From Candidatus Sysuimicrobium tengchongense (lineage in GTDB: Bacteria > Sysuimicrobiota > Sysuimicrobiia > Sysuimicrobiales > Sysuimicrobiaceae): 64,000 bases of DNA. Location: positions 83,021-147,020 of the forward strand of contig JAVKGW010000001.1 in assembly GCA_031460175.1 (NCBI GenBank). Direction: 5' to 3'. Below are positions 10,594 through 20,574 of this stretch, in pieces (position 1 is the stretch's first letter; every line of letters begins with the position of its first letter). The notes below the pieces were generated by a model. That model was not told the origin of the DNA. It saw only the letters and a list, made by a program, of their open reading frames with translations, and searched no databases. The translations under genes and the position numbers were made by a program.

Positions 10594-11112
10594 TCAACCA
10601 GGTGGGAGCCGGGGCCTGCGGAGGCGCCTTCGGGTTGCCGCCCGCCAAGCGAGCTCCACCGCCTCCACGGGATCGTCCGCCCGCACGATGGGATCCCCTT
10701 CCAGCCCCGGCCGCTCGATCCGCCACGTCCGGAGTCCGACCACGGGAACCTGCAGGGCCAGGGCGTACGCGATCTCCACCAGGGTCCCGTACCACCCCCC
10801 GATGGCGATGAGGGCCTGGGAGGCCCGCACCACGAGCACGTTGCGTCCCTCCCCCATGCCGGTGGGGATGGGGATGGTGAGGTAGGGATTCCCCGCCCGC
10901 TCCGAGTCCGTGGGCAGGATCCCCACCACCTCCCCTCCCGCCTCCCGGGCGCCTTTGGACGCGGCCTCCATCACCCCGCCCATGCCCCCGCAGATCAGGA
11001 TCCCGCCCCGCCGCGCGATCTCCCGCCCCACGGTCTGGGCCGCCTCCCAGAGCTGCGGTGTGGTCTGTCGCTCTCCCACGACCCCGATGCGCAGCCGGAT
11101 GCTCCCTCCCAC
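10594..11112 (-). CDS. LOG / TIGR00725-family Rossmann-fold nucleotide-binding protein (putative lysine-decarboxylase-like)
   Basis: IRLRIGVVGERQ...GGILICGGMGGVMEAASKGAREAGGEVVGILP...ALIAIGGWYGTLVEIAYA matches the LOG/TIGR00725 family. Preferred start is GTG 11112 with GGAGG upstream; the track start is 11133. Confidence 0.7.
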   Translation of the reverse strand: MGGSIRLRIGVVGERQTTPQLWEAAQTVGREIARRGGILICGGMGGVMEAASKGAREAGGEVVGILPTDSERAGNPYLTIPIPTGMGEGRNVLVVRASQALIAIGGWYGTLVEIAYALALQVPVVGLRTWRIERPGLEGDPIVRADDPVEAVELAWRAATRRRLRRPRLPPG

Positions 11113-11177
11113 CGTGCACCTCCGAGATCCCATTCTGCCGCAGGAGGACGCGGAAGGGATCGTGTATCCTGCTCTTG

Positions 11178-12359
11178 ATGCGGCCGCTGGACGGGATCCT
11201 CGTGGTGGACCTCACCCGGGCGCTCGCGGGACCGTATTGCACCATGATGCTGGCGGACCTCGGTGCCCGGGTGGTGAAGATCGAATCCCCGGAGGGCGGA
11301 GACGACACCCGCGGGTGGGGACCGCCGTTTCTCGGCGGGGAGAGCGCCTACTTCCTCAGCGTGAACCGCAACAAGGAGTCCGTGACCCTCAACCTCAAGC
11401 ATCCGAAGGGGATGGAGGTCCTGCACCGGCTTCTCGCCCGGGCAGACGTCCTCGTGGAGAACTTCCGGCCCGGGGTGATGGACCGGTTGGGTCTCGGATA
11501 CCGCGCCCTGCACGAACGCTACCCCCGCCTGGTGTACTGCTCCATCTCGGGGTTCGGTCAGGACGGCCCGTACCGGGCCAGACCCGCCTATGACCTCATC
11601 CTCCAGGGGATGGGCGGGATCATGGGGATCACGGGCGAGGAGGAGGGACCGCCGGTAAAGGTGGGCGTGGCCGTGGCGGACATCGCGGCGGGGATGTTCG
11701 CCGCCTACGGCATCCTCGCGGCCCTTTGGGCACGGGAACGCACGGGGCGGGGGCAACACGTGGACGCGGCGCTGCTCGACGGACAGGTGGCCTGGCTCAC
11801 CTACGCCGCGGCCAACTACTTCGCCACGGGCCGGAATCCCCGGCGCATGGGCTCCGCCCACCCCAACCTGGTCCCCTACCAGGCCTTCCGCACCCGGGAC
11901 GGGTACCTGAACGTGGCGGTGGGGAGCGAGGGCATCTGGCAGCGGTTCTGTGAGGCGGTGGCTCCCGAACTCCGGGACGATCCCCGGTTTTCCACCAATG
12001 CGGATCGGGTCCGCCATCGTTCCGAGCTCATCCCGATCCTGGAGGCCCGGTTCCGACAGCGGACCACCGCGGAGTGGCGGGAGATCCTGGACCGGGCCGG
12101 TGTCCCAAACGGCCCCATCTACCTGATCTCCGAGGTCTTCGAGGATCCCCAGACCCTCCACCGCGGGATGAAGGTGACCCTGCCGCACCCCACCGCGGGG
12201 GAGGTCACGGTGACCGGGATCCCGGTGAAGCTCTCCGAAACACCCGGGGAAGTCCGCACCCCACCGCCGCTCCTGGGTCAGCACACGGAGGCGGTGCTCC
12301 AGGAACTGGGGTACGCCCCAGAGGAGATCGCGCGCCTCCGGGCGGAGGGCGCCGTCTAG
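11178..12359 (+). CDS. CoA-transferase family III (CaiB/BaiF-like)
   Basis: MRPLDGILVVDLTRALAGPYCTMMLADLGARVVKIE...GDDTRGWGPPF is a diagnostic N-terminus. Start trimmed to ATG 11178. Confidence 0.85.
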   Translation: MRPLDGILVVDLTRALAGPYCTMMLADLGARVVKIESPEGGDDTRGWGPPFLGGESAYFLSVNRNKESVTLNLKHPKGMEVLHRLLARADVLVENFRPGVMDRLGLGYRALHERYPRLVYCSISGFGQDGPYRARPAYDLILQGMGGIMGITGEEEGPPVKVGVAVADIAAGMFAAYGILAALWARERTGRGQHVDAALLDGQVAWLTYAAANYFATGRNPRRMGSAHPNLVPYQAFRTRDGYLNVAVGSEGIWQRFCEAVAPELRDDPRFSTNADRVRHRSELIPILEARFRQRTTAEWREILDRAGVPNGPIYLISEVFEDPQTLHRGMKVTLPHPTAGEVTVTGIPVKLSETPGEVRTPPPLLGQHTEAVLQELGYAPEEIARLRAEGAV

Positions 12360-12953
12360 GTGCTCCTGCGCCGGCTCCTCCCGCTCTCCCTCTTCGCCCG
12401 GTACGAGCGGTGGTGGGCCCGGCGCCACGGCCTCGTGGATCTCGCGCCCCACAGCTTCGTGCGCCTGGAGCTGCGCCAACACCGGGGTGATGTGGTCCGG
12501 CTGCAGGACGGGACCGTGGTCCGGCCGGGGGACCTGGTCGGGGAGATCCACGTGGACAGCCTGAAGCTGATCGCGTACCACGAGACCACCCAGGATCCCC
12601 GGCGCATGGGGTTGCTGTTCGGCCGGGGGATGTCCGAAGGCCTGCGCCTGGTGGCCCGGTACCTGCGGAGCCACCCGGAGTTCCCCGTGGTGGCGGTCCG
12701 GGCGGTCACCCTGTACTGGAAGGGAAGCGAGCGGCTGGGCTTCGAGGTCCACCGCATCCGCAACCCCCTCACCCGCTTCGGCGTGAATTTCTGGCTGAAG
12801 TTCCTCCTCTGGTATTCCCACCCGGAGGGGTTCCGCCGCAGCTTAGGCCGCGAGCGGCTCCGGGAGCCTCGGGAGGCTTGGATGTCCGCCCGGACCCTCT
12901 TCGCCCGCTACGACACCTCACCCGAGGAGGTCCGCGAGCGTCACGGGCCGTAG
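12360..12953 (+). CDS. Hypothetical protein (possibly YkoP-like domain; associated with the adjacent deacetylase)
   Basis: 197-aa ORF with codon-biased composition. Its 3' end overlaps the convergent deacetylase gene. No confident family assignment. Confidence 0.4.
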   Translation: MLLRRLLPLSLFARYERWWARRHGLVDLAPHSFVRLELRQHRGDVVRLQDGTVVRPGDLVGEIHVDSLKLIAYHETTQDPRRMGLLFGRGMSEGLRLVARYLRSHPEFPVVAVRAVTLYWKGSERLGFEVHRIRNPLTRFGVNFWLKFLLWYSHPEGFRRSLGRERLREPREAWMSARTLFARYDTSPEEVRERHGP

Positions 12954-13610
12954 ACCCCGCGCCCGCAGTCCTACAAGGATCCGGGGAAGCGCCCGCAGCA
13001 CCCGCTCGGGGGTATCCGGGAACCCACCGCGATCGTGCAGGTTCACGATGGCACCCGGGTGGGCGCTTCGGACCACCACCCGCGCCATCTCCTCCCACGA
13101 GGGGCGCCACCGGTAGCCCTCTCCCCGCACGCTCCACAGTACGGGTACCAGGCCCTCCTTCCGGCAGACCGCGAGCGCCGCGAGGTTCACCGCCCCCCAG
13201 GGCGGCCGGAAGAAGCGCAGGGACCGCCCCAAGATCGCCTCCACCACCCGGTGTCCCCGCAGGATCTCCTCCCGGGTGGCCCGGGGACCCAGAGACCAGA
13301 GGTGGCGGTGCGCGTAGGTGTGGCTTCCCAGGGTGTGCCCTTCCGCGAGGATCCGGCGTACGAGCTCGGGGTGCTCTTCCGCGTGGCGCCCCACGAGGAA
13401 GAAGGTGGCCCCGGCTCCGTGCTCCGCCAGGACCTCCAGGATCCGGGGGGTGTAGACTGGATGGGGGCCGTCGTCGAAGGTGAGGGCCACCTGGGGCACG
13501 GGCGGGCCCGTGCGGACCGCTCCCCGCAGTCGGGTGAGGGCCTGAGCCCCCAGGGTATACGCGGCCCCGAGGCTGAGACCTCCCAACACCAGGGCGCGCG
13601 CGACCGCCAT
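12918..13610 (-). CDS. Polysaccharide deacetylase (NodB-homology domain)
   Basis: VALTFDDGPHPVYTPRILEVL...ATFFLVG...GHTLGSHTYAH gives the NodB motifs TFDDGP and HxxxH. Confidence 0.85.
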   Translation of the reverse strand: MAVARALVLGGLSLGAAYTLGAQALTRLRGAVRTGPPVPQVALTFDDGPHPVYTPRILEVLAEHGAGATFFLVGRHAEEHPELVRRILAEGHTLGSHTYAHRHLWSLGPRATREEILRGHRVVEAILGRSLRFFRPPWGAVNLAALAVCRKEGLVPVLWSVRGEGYRWRPSWEEMARVVVRSAHPGAIVNLHDRGGFPDTPERVLRALPRILVGLRARGLRPVTLADLLG

Positions 13611-13616
13611 GGGTGC

Positions 13617-14798
13617 CTAGGCCCGGTGGCCCAGGGGAGTCCCCAGGGAACGGGGGAGGAGAAGGAGGTAGCCGACGGCCACGCATGCCAGGACGCCCGA
13701 CGCCACCCGGAAGGGCTGCGCCGGACCGTACGCGTCCCACAGGATCCCTCCCACCGCCGTGCCGATCGCCACCCCGAGTCCTTCCAGGGCCATGGCAAGC
13801 CCTAGCATGGTGGCCCGGCGGTGCGGGGGTAGGAGATCCATCACGAGGGTGTTCCAGGCGGGCAGGAGGGTGGCGTACGCGAGTCCGAGGAGGGCCACCA
13901 TGGGGACGAGGGCCCAGAGGGAACGGAGATAGGGCAGGATGAAGAGCACCGCGGCCCCGGCTCCGAGGCTGATGGAAAGGACTTCCACCCGGCCCACGTG
14001 ATCCACCACCCGCCCCAAGGGCACCAAGAGGAGCACGGTGAGCCCGGGCCCCGCGGCCAGGAGGGCGCCGATGCGCAGGGGGGTCAGGTGGAGCACCTCC
14101 CGCGCGTAGGGCGAGAGGATGGGAAGGAGCATCCCGCCTCCCACGGTCTGCAGGACCATCCCCGCAAACAGCGGCCACAGCCACCGCACCTCGGACGTGC
14201 CGTTTTGCTGCGGCGGCCGCTCCCGGGCCGCCGCCTCCGGACGGGGGAACCCTCTTGTGGCGGGGAGCACCAGGAAAAAGGTGGCCCCCAGGCAACCGAG
14301 CACGAACCCGAACGCCACCGCCCCATGAATCTCCAGAAGGAAGTTCGTGACCACAAACCCGATCCCGATCCCCAGCATCCAGCTGGTGAGCAGGGCTCCG
14401 ACCGCCTCTCCCCGCCGGCCGTCGTCCGTGGCCTCCACGAGCCCGGAGACCACGGAGGGCCAGACCGGGGATGCTCCAAGACCTCCCAGGGCCGCGGCCG
14501 CGAGGACGGCCCAGGTCTGTCGGGCCTCCGCCAGAAGGAGCACGGAGAGGATGGACAACCCCAATCCCCCCACCAGGGGAGCGCGTCGGCCCACCCGGTC
14601 GATGACCCACCCCGAGGGGACCTTCGTGGCGAGCTCCGTGAAGGAATACGCGGAGAGGGCCAGACCCACCACGGACATCTGGTGTCCCACGCCGAACCGC
14701 AGGTGGTTGGGGAGGAGGGTGAAGAGGAGGGCACCCCGGGCACACTCGAAAAGCCCGATGAGGAGCGCGTGCGGACCGATCCGCCGGGAGACCCTCAC
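13617..14798 (-). CDS. MFS transporter
   Basis: About 12 predicted TM segments with MFS-like loops (VIDRVGRR). GTG 14798 is chosen because it overlaps the stop of the upstream gene (GTGA). The track's 456-aa form overlaps the glycosyltransferase gene. Confidence 0.78.
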   Translation of the reverse strand: MRVSRRIGPHALLIGLFECARGALLFTLLPNHLRFGVGHQMSVVGLALSAYSFTELATKVPSGWVIDRVGRRAPLVGGLGLSILSVLLLAEARQTWAVLAAAALGGLGASPVWPSVVSGLVEATDDGRRGEAVGALLTSWMLGIGIGFVVTNFLLEIHGAVAFGFVLGCLGATFFLVLPATRGFPRPEAAARERPPQQNGTSEVRWLWPLFAGMVLQTVGGGMLLPILSPYAREVLHLTPLRIGALLAAGPGLTVLLLVPLGRVVDHVGRVEVLSISLGAGAAVLFILPYLRSLWALVPMVALLGLAYATLLPAWNTLVMDLLPPHRRATMLGLAMALEGLGVAIGTAVGGILWDAYGPAQPFRVASGVLACVAVGYLLLLPRSLGTPLGHRA

Positions 14799-15925
14799 GC
14801 CAGGAGCTCCAGGATCCGTTGAGCCGCCTCCCGGGCCGCGTCCGGACGGGCCGCCCTCTGCGCGGCGTGCCGCATGCGGTCCAGCTCCCCGGGATCCCGC
14901 AGAAGCCCGTCCAGCACCTGGCTCAGCTCCTCCGGGTTCCGGGCGACCCGGGCGGCGCCGGCCGCGGTGAGCATCTGGGTGTTCCACTCCTCCTGTCCCG
15001 GGATCGGCCGGTAGATCACCATGGGGAGCGCCTTCACGAGGGCCTCGGACACCGTCGCCCCGCCCGCCTTAGTGACCAGGAGGTCCGCGCACGTCATCCA
15101 CTCCGCCACGTTCGTCACGTACCCCTCTACCCGAACCTCCGGCCGCCGGCGGCTTCGGCGCCGCAGCCGCTCCACGAGCCCCGCATCCCGTCCACAGAGG
15201 AAGACCGCCTGCACCCGGTGCGGAAGGCTCAGGATCACCCGGTGCACGTCGAGGATCCCGCCCAGCATCGCGTAGGCTCCCGCCATGACGAGGATCGTGG
15301 TCCGGTGCGGGTCCAGCCCCAGACGCGGGGCGACCTCCCGCCGATCCAGGGGGCGGGTGAACTCCGGGAGAACCGGGATCCCCGTGACGAAGATGCGGTC
15401 TGCGGGGATCCCGCGGTCCACCAGGCCCGCCCGGACCGCCTCCGAGGGGACGCAGTAGCGGTCCACGTGCGGGTGGATCCACTGGGAGTGGATGGCGTAG
15501 TCCGTGAGCACCACCGCGGAGGGGTGGCGCACCTCCCCCTCGGCCTTGAGGTCGGAGACCACCCCGGCGGGCGTGGGATGCACGTGCACCAGGAGGTCGA
15601 AGGGGGTGCTGCGGAGGTACGCGGTCAGACGCCGCTTCCCGAGCCGGTTGATGAGCCGCTGGGTGGGGGAGTCCGGTCGGATGTTGCCCGTGGCGTAGTA
15701 AAAGGCGCCCCACATCGCGGGCGCGTGCCGCACGCTGGTGACGTACAGGGAGCGCACCATGCGGTTGAGGGCCGGATTCACGAAGGTCTCGAAGAAGTCC
15801 ACGATCTCCACCCGGATGGCGGGAGAGTGCTCCGCCCAAGCGGCCTGGAGGGCTTCCGCCACCCGCTGATGTCCTCCGCCGTACGTGGCGGAGAGCACGA
15901 GGATCCGGGGACCTTCCGGCCTCAT
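14795..15925 (-). CDS. Monogalactosyl/diglucosyl-diacylglycerol synthase-like glycosyltransferase (GT28, UgtP/MGDG-synthase family)
   Basis: MRPEGPRILVLSATYGGGHQRVAEAL...N-terminal MGDG-synthase domain, plus C-terminal GT-B motifs (KAGGATVSEAL). Confidence 0.8.
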   Translation of the reverse strand: MRPEGPRILVLSATYGGGHQRVAEALQAAWAEHSPAIRVEIVDFFETFVNPALNRMVRSLYVTSVRHAPAMWGAFYYATGNIRPDSPTQRLINRLGKRRLTAYLRSTPFDLLVHVHPTPAGVVSDLKAEGEVRHPSAVVLTDYAIHSQWIHPHVDRYCVPSEAVRAGLVDRGIPADRIFVTGIPVLPEFTRPLDRREVAPRLGLDPHRTTILVMAGAYAMLGGILDVHRVILSLPHRVQAVFLCGRDAGLVERLRRRSRRRPEVRVEGYVTNVAEWMTCADLLVTKAGGATVSEALVKALPMVIYRPIPGQEEWNTQMLTAAGAARVARNPEELSQVLDGLLRDPGELDRMRHAAQRAARPDAAREAAQRILELLA

Positions 15926-16869
15926 CCCCGGCGCATGAGCGCCTCCCGGGCCTCCGACCCCGTCCCCTGCCAGGGGAGGGCGTCCGGGGGGAGCAGGACC
16001 CGGATGCCCCGCGGCACCACCCGGGCGTGCACCCGGGTGAAGGTGCCCAGGAGGTTCCCGTCCACGTGGGCCTCCACGGGCCGCTCCGCCACGAGGGTGA
16101 CCTCCCGGGCCCGCTGGATGAGGATCTCCGGGATGGGAGTCCGCCGGATCATCTTCACCGCCACGTTGAAGGACCGGACCCGCCGCATGTCCCGCACCAC
16201 GTACAGGTCCAGCAGGCCATCCCGGAGGCTCGGGGAGGGCAAGGACGGCACCCGCTCCCCGTACATCCGGCCGTTCACCCCCGCCACGAACAGGACCCGG
16301 CCCCGAAAGGCATCCTGTTCCGTGAACACCTCCACCTCCAGGGGGTCTCGGCTTGAGGCGATCTCCAGCAGGGTGGCCAGGTAGTACACCGCGCGTCCTC
16401 GCAGGAGCACCCGGTCCCGGAGGCGGTGCGCGCCCGCGGCGACCCGGGCATCGAACCCGAACCCGAAGAGGTTCAGGAAGTACCGGTCGTTCACCCGCGC
16501 GATGTCCACCTCGCCCGCTATCCCTTCCGCCAGCACCGCGGCTACCTTGCTCGCGCTCCGCGGGATGGGTAGGGCCCGGGCGAACTCGTTCGCGGTCCCC
16601 GCGGGGACGATCCCCATGGGGATGCGGGATCCGCCCTGCATGATGCCGTTCGCGACCCCGTTCACGGTCCCGTCCCCGCCCACCGCCACCACCGCCCGGA
16701 AGCCCGCGTCCGCGGCATCCGCCGCGAGGGCCACGAACCCCTCAAAGCCCGTGGCGTACCGCACCTCGTGGGCCACCCCCCGGGCCCGCAGGGCGCGCAC
16801 CACCGCCGGCAGCAGGTCCGAAGCGCGACCCGCGTACGGATTCACGACCAGCAAGAGCGGCTCGTTCAA
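15922..16869 (-). CDS. Diacylglycerol-kinase catalytic-domain lipid kinase (YegS/DagK family)
   Basis: LLVVNPYAGR...AVGGDGTVNGVANG...GIVPAGTANEFAR is the DAGK_cat signature. Overlaps the glycosyltransferase stop. Confidence 0.82.
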   Translation of the reverse strand: MNEPLLLVVNPYAGRASDLLPAVVRALRARGVAHEVRYATGFEGFVALAADAADAGFRAVVAVGGDGTVNGVANGIMQGGSRIPMGIVPAGTANEFARALPIPRSASKVAAVLAEGIAGEVDIARVNDRYFLNLFGFGFDARVAAGAHRLRDRVLLRGRAVYYLATLLEIASSRDPLEVEVFTEQDAFRGRVLFVAGVNGRMYGERVPSLPSPSLRDGLLDLYVVRDMRRVRSFNVAVKMIRRTPIPEILIQRAREVTLVAERPVEAHVDGNLLGTFTRVHARVVPRGIRVLLPPDALPWQGTGSEAREALMRRG

Positions 16870-16918
16870 GTCGCTCCCATTCTACGTCCCGCCTCCTCCC
16901 CGTGCCACCGCCGGGCTC

Positions 16919-17356
16919 TCATCCGGAAGCGAGCCTTCGGTCCAGGCACTCGAAGAACTGGGCCGCGAGCATGCGGGCGATGCCGGGGATCATGCGGCTC
17001 CCGATGGTGAGAGCCCCCCCCACTTGCACGTCTCCCGACCAGCGCACCTCGGTCTCCTTCCCTCGGTCCAGGAGCTCCAGCTGGCCCGTGGCGCGCACGA
17101 ACCCCGGAGCCCCGCTCCCCTCCACCTGGACCGCGTACCGATCCGGCGGGGTGCGCTCCGTGATGCGCAGCTTCCCCCGGTACGTCCCCCGCACCGCCGC
17201 GATGCCGATGGACAGGGTGGCCTCGAACTCGTCCGGGCCCAAGGGCCGCAGCTCCTGGAGTCCCGGCGTACAGGACGCCAGGGCCTGCGGGTCGTCCAAA
17301 AGCTTCCACACCTGCTCCCGGGGCGCGTGCAGGATCTGCGTTCCCTCCACTTTCAT
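16919..17356 (-). CDS. SRPBCC-fold protein, CoxG family
   Basis: MKVEGTQILHAPREQVWKLLDDPQALASCTPG... is the CoxG-like pattern. Start trimmed to the internal ATG 17356. Confidence 0.68.
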   Translation of the reverse strand: MKVEGTQILHAPREQVWKLLDDPQALASCTPGLQELRPLGPDEFEATLSIGIAAVRGTYRGKLRITERTPPDRYAVQVEGSGAPGFVRATGQLELLDRGKETEVRWSGDVQVGGALTIGSRMIPGIARMLAAQFFECLDRRLASG

Positions 17357-17538
17357 CGCTCCCTCCGAGCCTCGTGGATTGGCAGGGTCACCGGTTTCGG
17401 GATTTTCTCCGGATCCTCCCGTAAACCCTATCATACGGGGACGCCTCCATGGCCAGGGGCGTCGAAGGACGACACCGCGGAGCGGTGCTCGAGCGGGAGG
17501 TCGGCTGGAGGTCGCGTGGTATCATGAGCTGGGTGCGT

Positions 17539-17616
17539 GCCCCGGTCGTCTAGCCAGGCCTAGGACTCCGGTCTTTCAAGCCGGCAACACGGGTTCGAAT
17601 CCCGTCCGGGGCACCA
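17539..17616 (+). tRNA. tRNA-Glu (anticodon UUC)
   Basis: GCCCCGGTCGTCTAGCC...CCGGT-CTTTCAA-GCCGG...GGGTTCGAATCCCGTCCGGGGCACCA. Cloverleaf: 7-bp acceptor stem, anticodon loop CUUUCAA, T-loop TTCGAAT, encoded CCA. Confidence 0.9.
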
Positions 17617-17791
17617 GCCGCGACAGGTCGCAGACATCGTCGCTGCGCCGTCCTGGTCCACCCACCGCCCACACCCCCAGGGAGCGCACGGGGCACCGCG
17701 AAGGTGAGAATCCGGTGAGAACATGGCGGCCCTCCGGCGGGTGGTCTACCGCGGGCCGAGGGGTCCGGGCCGAGGGGTCTGACACCTGGGG

Positions 17792-18253
17792 TCAGACCCC
17801 CGAGGTGACTTCTCCGTTCACCCGCACCCGCACGTTCACGGGGATGCCCTGGCGGACGCTCGCGGTCACGACGCAGAAGTCCTCGAACAGCGCCAGGCAC
17901 CGGTCCACGGCGCCGCGTTGAGCGGGGTCCACCCCGGACAGGTCGAGGTGCGCCTCCACCCGGCTGATCCGCCACCGGCCCCGCTCGTTCCGCCGGACCT
18001 CGACGTCCACCGCCGCGGACACCTCGCCCGCGACCCGCGCCCGGTCCAGGCAGAACCTGAGGCTGCTGGCCAGGCAGTGTCCCAGGGCTGTGGCAACCAG
18101 CCGCGCGGGGTTGGGGCCTGCACCCTCGCCCAGCGGCGGGGGTTCGTCCACCACGAAGCTCCACTCCGGCCGGTCCATCTCCACCCGGAACCGGTAGCGG
18201 CCCTCGGGCCGCAGGGCCACATGGGCCCGCATGACGTCCGCCGCTTCCGCCAT
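17792..18253 (-). CDS. OsmC/Ohr-family peroxiredoxin-like protein
   Basis: 153 aa with the OsmC fold pattern (GPNPARLVATALGHCLAS...two-Cys region). Confidence 0.78.
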   Translation of the reverse strand: MAEAADVMRAHVALRPEGRYRFRVEMDRPEWSFVVDEPPPLGEGAGPNPARLVATALGHCLASSLRFCLDRARVAGEVSAAVDVEVRRNERGRWRISRVEAHLDLSGVDPAQRGAVDRCLALFEDFCVVTASVRQGIPVNVRVRVNGEVTSGV

Positions 18254-18285
18254 GGCCGAGCTCCGTCAGATCCGTCCAGGAAAGC

Positions 18286-18495
18286 TCACGCGCGCGGCCT
18301 CGCGCACGTGTTGACGCCCAGCAGCGCCCACAGGGGGCACCACCCGACGACCCCCGTCACCAGACCCACGGCCGCCACCGCGTACAGCACGTACGCCAGG
18401 GCCGAGGCACCCTGCCGCAGCCCCAGCCACAGAGCCACGAGCCCCACCACGATCCGGATCGCCCGGTCTACCGTTCCTGCGTTGCACGCCCGCAT
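18286..18495 (-). CDS. DUF2892 (YgaP-like) small membrane protein
   Basis: 69 aa, two hydrophobic helices plus a conserved GWCPLW-type motif. Confidence 0.55.
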   Translation of the reverse strand: MRACNAGTVDRAIRIVVGLVALWLGLRQGASALAYVLYAVAAVGLVTGVVGWCPLWALLGVNTCARPRA

Positions 18496-18722
18496 GACCT
18501 TCCACCTCCTCGTAGGCCTTATACCATACCCTGTAGGGTATTATCAAGGCCACCCCTGCGACCTCCGGGCCCACCGACTCCTCAGACAGGCCTCCCAGCC
18601 TCATTGTGCGCCACCCCGTCCATCTCCCCGTTGACTTCCAAACCGCCGGGCTGCAGCGTTCAATCTTTTCGGGCAACACCCTCGGCGCGGTGTACTGGAG
18701 CGACGGCAAACGGGAGGCTCCC

Positions 18723-19256
18723 ATGCTGCCTGACCTGCCCGCGTTGACCCGCTGCCACGGCTGCGGCCAGCTCTACTGGCTGGAGGACGCCGAGCAGCTG
18801 GGGGAGCTCGACGTGCCGGGCCCGGGACGGCAGCTCCCAGAGGAGTGGTATCGGGCGCCGTTGGCACAGGCACCGGGCATCGAGGGCTACGCGGAAGCTT
18901 TGAGGGGCGGTCTTGCGTCCGGCCGCGACAGAGAGCAGTACCTGCGGGTCCGCCTGTGGTGGGCCATCAACGACCTGGTCCGCGGCCGGCCCGGCGCGCA
19001 GATCCCCGCGGAGTACCGTGACCTCTTCTACGAGAACCTGCGCGGGCTGTTCGCTCTGTTGGACGAGGACAACCCCAACGAGAGGGTGCCCAAGGCGGAG
19101 GTGGCCCGCCAGGCCGGGGACTTCGCGGAGGCCCTCCGCCTGCTGGAAGAAGTACCGCCGGGATTCCAATGGGCCGCAAACGTGATCCGGGAGCTGGCGA
19201 GGCGCGGTGACGCGAACGTAGCGCTCCTGAACCCAGACGGCTCCTACTCGAGGTGA
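18723..19256 (+). CDS. Hypothetical protein
   Basis: Track ORF 18606..19256. Internal ATG 18723 has a GGGAGG RBS. CxxC pair (CHGCGQ). No family assigned. Confidence 0.4.
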   Translation: MLPDLPALTRCHGCGQLYWLEDAEQLGELDVPGPGRQLPEEWYRAPLAQAPGIEGYAEALRGGLASGRDREQYLRVRLWWAINDLVRGRPGAQIPAEYRDLFYENLRGLFALLDEDNPNERVPKAEVARQAGDFAEALRLLEEVPPGFQWAANVIRELARRGDANVALLNPDGSYSR

Positions 19257-19372
19257 ACCCGGGGTACACGCATAGGGATCCCTTGAAGCCGCCGCAGGCG
19301 GCCGCACCTGGGTTGCAAACGTTCGGCGTCCACGAAACCATCATCCCGGCGAGGGAGGCCGGGGTGCAGCGA

Positions 19373-19873
19373 CTACGGCCGCCTTGCGCGCAGCCGCTGC
19401 CCGGCCCACCGGACCAAAGCCTCCTGCTGTCCCCTTTCCGGACAGGAACCGGCCTGCTTCACCCGCTGGGTGGCCTGCTCCACGTCCAACCCCAGGGCCA
19501 GCAGCACGCACGTCGCGAACATCCCCGTCCTGCCGACGCCCGCCGCGCAGTGGACCAGAACCCGCTCGCCCCGCTTCAGCCGGTCCGCCACGTGGGTCAC
19601 CAGCCGCAGGAACCCCTCCCGGTCCTCCGGCACGCCGTGGTCCGGCACCTCCAGGGCCTCCTCGCGCCACGGCAGCCTGCCCGAGCGGAGCAGCCACGCG
19701 TACTGCGGGGAGTTCGCCGCGACCTCGTGCAGCGGCGTCAGCCGCACGACGGTCGTGATGCCCAGGCGCCGGGCTTCCGCCACGGCCTCCTCGAACGGCT
19801 CGCACCGTCCGGGCATGGAGTGCAGGTACAGCCGCCCCTTGGTCCCCTCGGGGAGCCGGACCTCGCGGAACAC
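19373..19873 (-). CDS. Dual-specificity / tyrosine protein phosphatase (Cys-based)
   Basis: VLVHCAAGVGRTGMFATCV is the CX5R(S/T) P-loop. GTG 19873 with AGGAGG upstream; the track's longer N-terminus is GC-rich noise. Confidence 0.72.
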   Translation of the reverse strand: MFREVRLPEGTKGRLYLHSMPGRCEPFEEAVAEARRLGITTVVRLTPLHEVAANSPQYAWLLRSGRLPWREEALEVPDHGVPEDREGFLRLVTHVADRLKRGERVLVHCAAGVGRTGMFATCVLLALGLDVEQATQRVKQAGSCPERGQQEALVRWAGQRLRARRP

Positions 19874-20069
19874 GACCCCTCCTGACCCGGCAGGACCGTC
19901 GCCCGCCGACCGTCTCGGACCTGAAATTTGCCAGAGGCAGCGGAGCCCGAGCAACGGGTGGCCCGGCGCCCAGGAATTCGCCCGGGACCAGGCGAAAGGA
20001 CTCCTTCGGCGCACCACTTGAATCGATTCCCGGTTCCGGGCGCATGCCCGGGCCGGCGAGGAGGCGGAG

Positions 20070-20447
20070 ATGGCACAGGAGGTGCGGGTCTACGAAGCCC
20101 ACGCCCGGTCTTCCGGGACCTTCGGCCGGGTGATGGGCTCCATACGGAACCACCACCTGGTGGTGGACGGGCCCGTCCAGAACGGGTGTCCCGGGGAGGA
20201 GGTCACGCCCGGGGAGCTGTTCCTCGCGGGGGTGGCGAGCTGTGCGGTGGAGCTCGTGGAAGTCCTGGCCCGGGAGTTCGGCTTTCCCGTGCCCCGGGTG
20301 GAAGCCCACATCGCGGGCACCGTGGACCGCTCCGCGCCCGTGCGGCCGGACCTCACGGTGTTCAACGCGGTGCGGCTGGACCTCGTGCTTTCAGGGGTCT
20401 CCGCGGCGCAGGCGGAGGCGCTGGTGGAGGCCTTCAAGCGCCGCTGA
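20070..20447 (+). CDS. OsmC-family protein
   Basis: 125 aa with the OsmC/Ohr fold pattern (GCPGEEVTPGELFLAGVASCAVE). Confidence 0.78.
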   Translation: MAQEVRVYEAHARSSGTFGRVMGSIRNHHLVVDGPVQNGCPGEEVTPGELFLAGVASCAVELVEVLAREFGFPVPRVEAHIAGTVDRSAPVRPDLTVFNAVRLDLVLSGVSAAQAEALVEAFKRR

Positions 20448-20486
20448 CCCCTCTACGGCACGGTCGCGGTCGCGACCCCCCAGGTT

Positions 20487-20556
20487 ACGGTGCACTGGCA
20501 GGTGGCGTCAGCCGGCGAGTCCGGAGCCTGAGGCCCAGGAGCCCGACGAAAGGCCC
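20487..20556. repeat. About 70-nt dispersed repeat, copy B
   Basis: Shares the 24-nt exact core ACGGTGCACTGGCAGGTGGCGTCA and patterned downstream similarity with 1843-1912. Confidence 0.6.
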
Positions 20557-20574
20557 CGACTTCAGCCGTGGGGT

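Noticed and set aside
10575-10600. Possible sigma70-like promoter (TTGACG ... TATGCT) for the T-box leader
   Set aside because: Spacing between the hexamers is only about 8 nt and the -35 overlaps the LOG-gene stop codon. Not convincing. The promoter probably lies inside or further upstream of the LOG gene.
12769-14745. 658-aa minus-strand ORF overlapping the deacetylase and MFS genes
   Set aside because: Low-complexity (PGRGA-rich) translation lying antisense or off-frame to two well-supported genes. GC-rich artefact.
17771-17797. Perfect 10-bp GC hairpin (GGGGTCTGAC...GTCAGACCCC) at the 3' end of the OsmC gene
   Set aside because: It overlaps the stop codon and has no U-tract on either strand. 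It could be a stabilising stem-loop but is not called as an intrinsic terminator.
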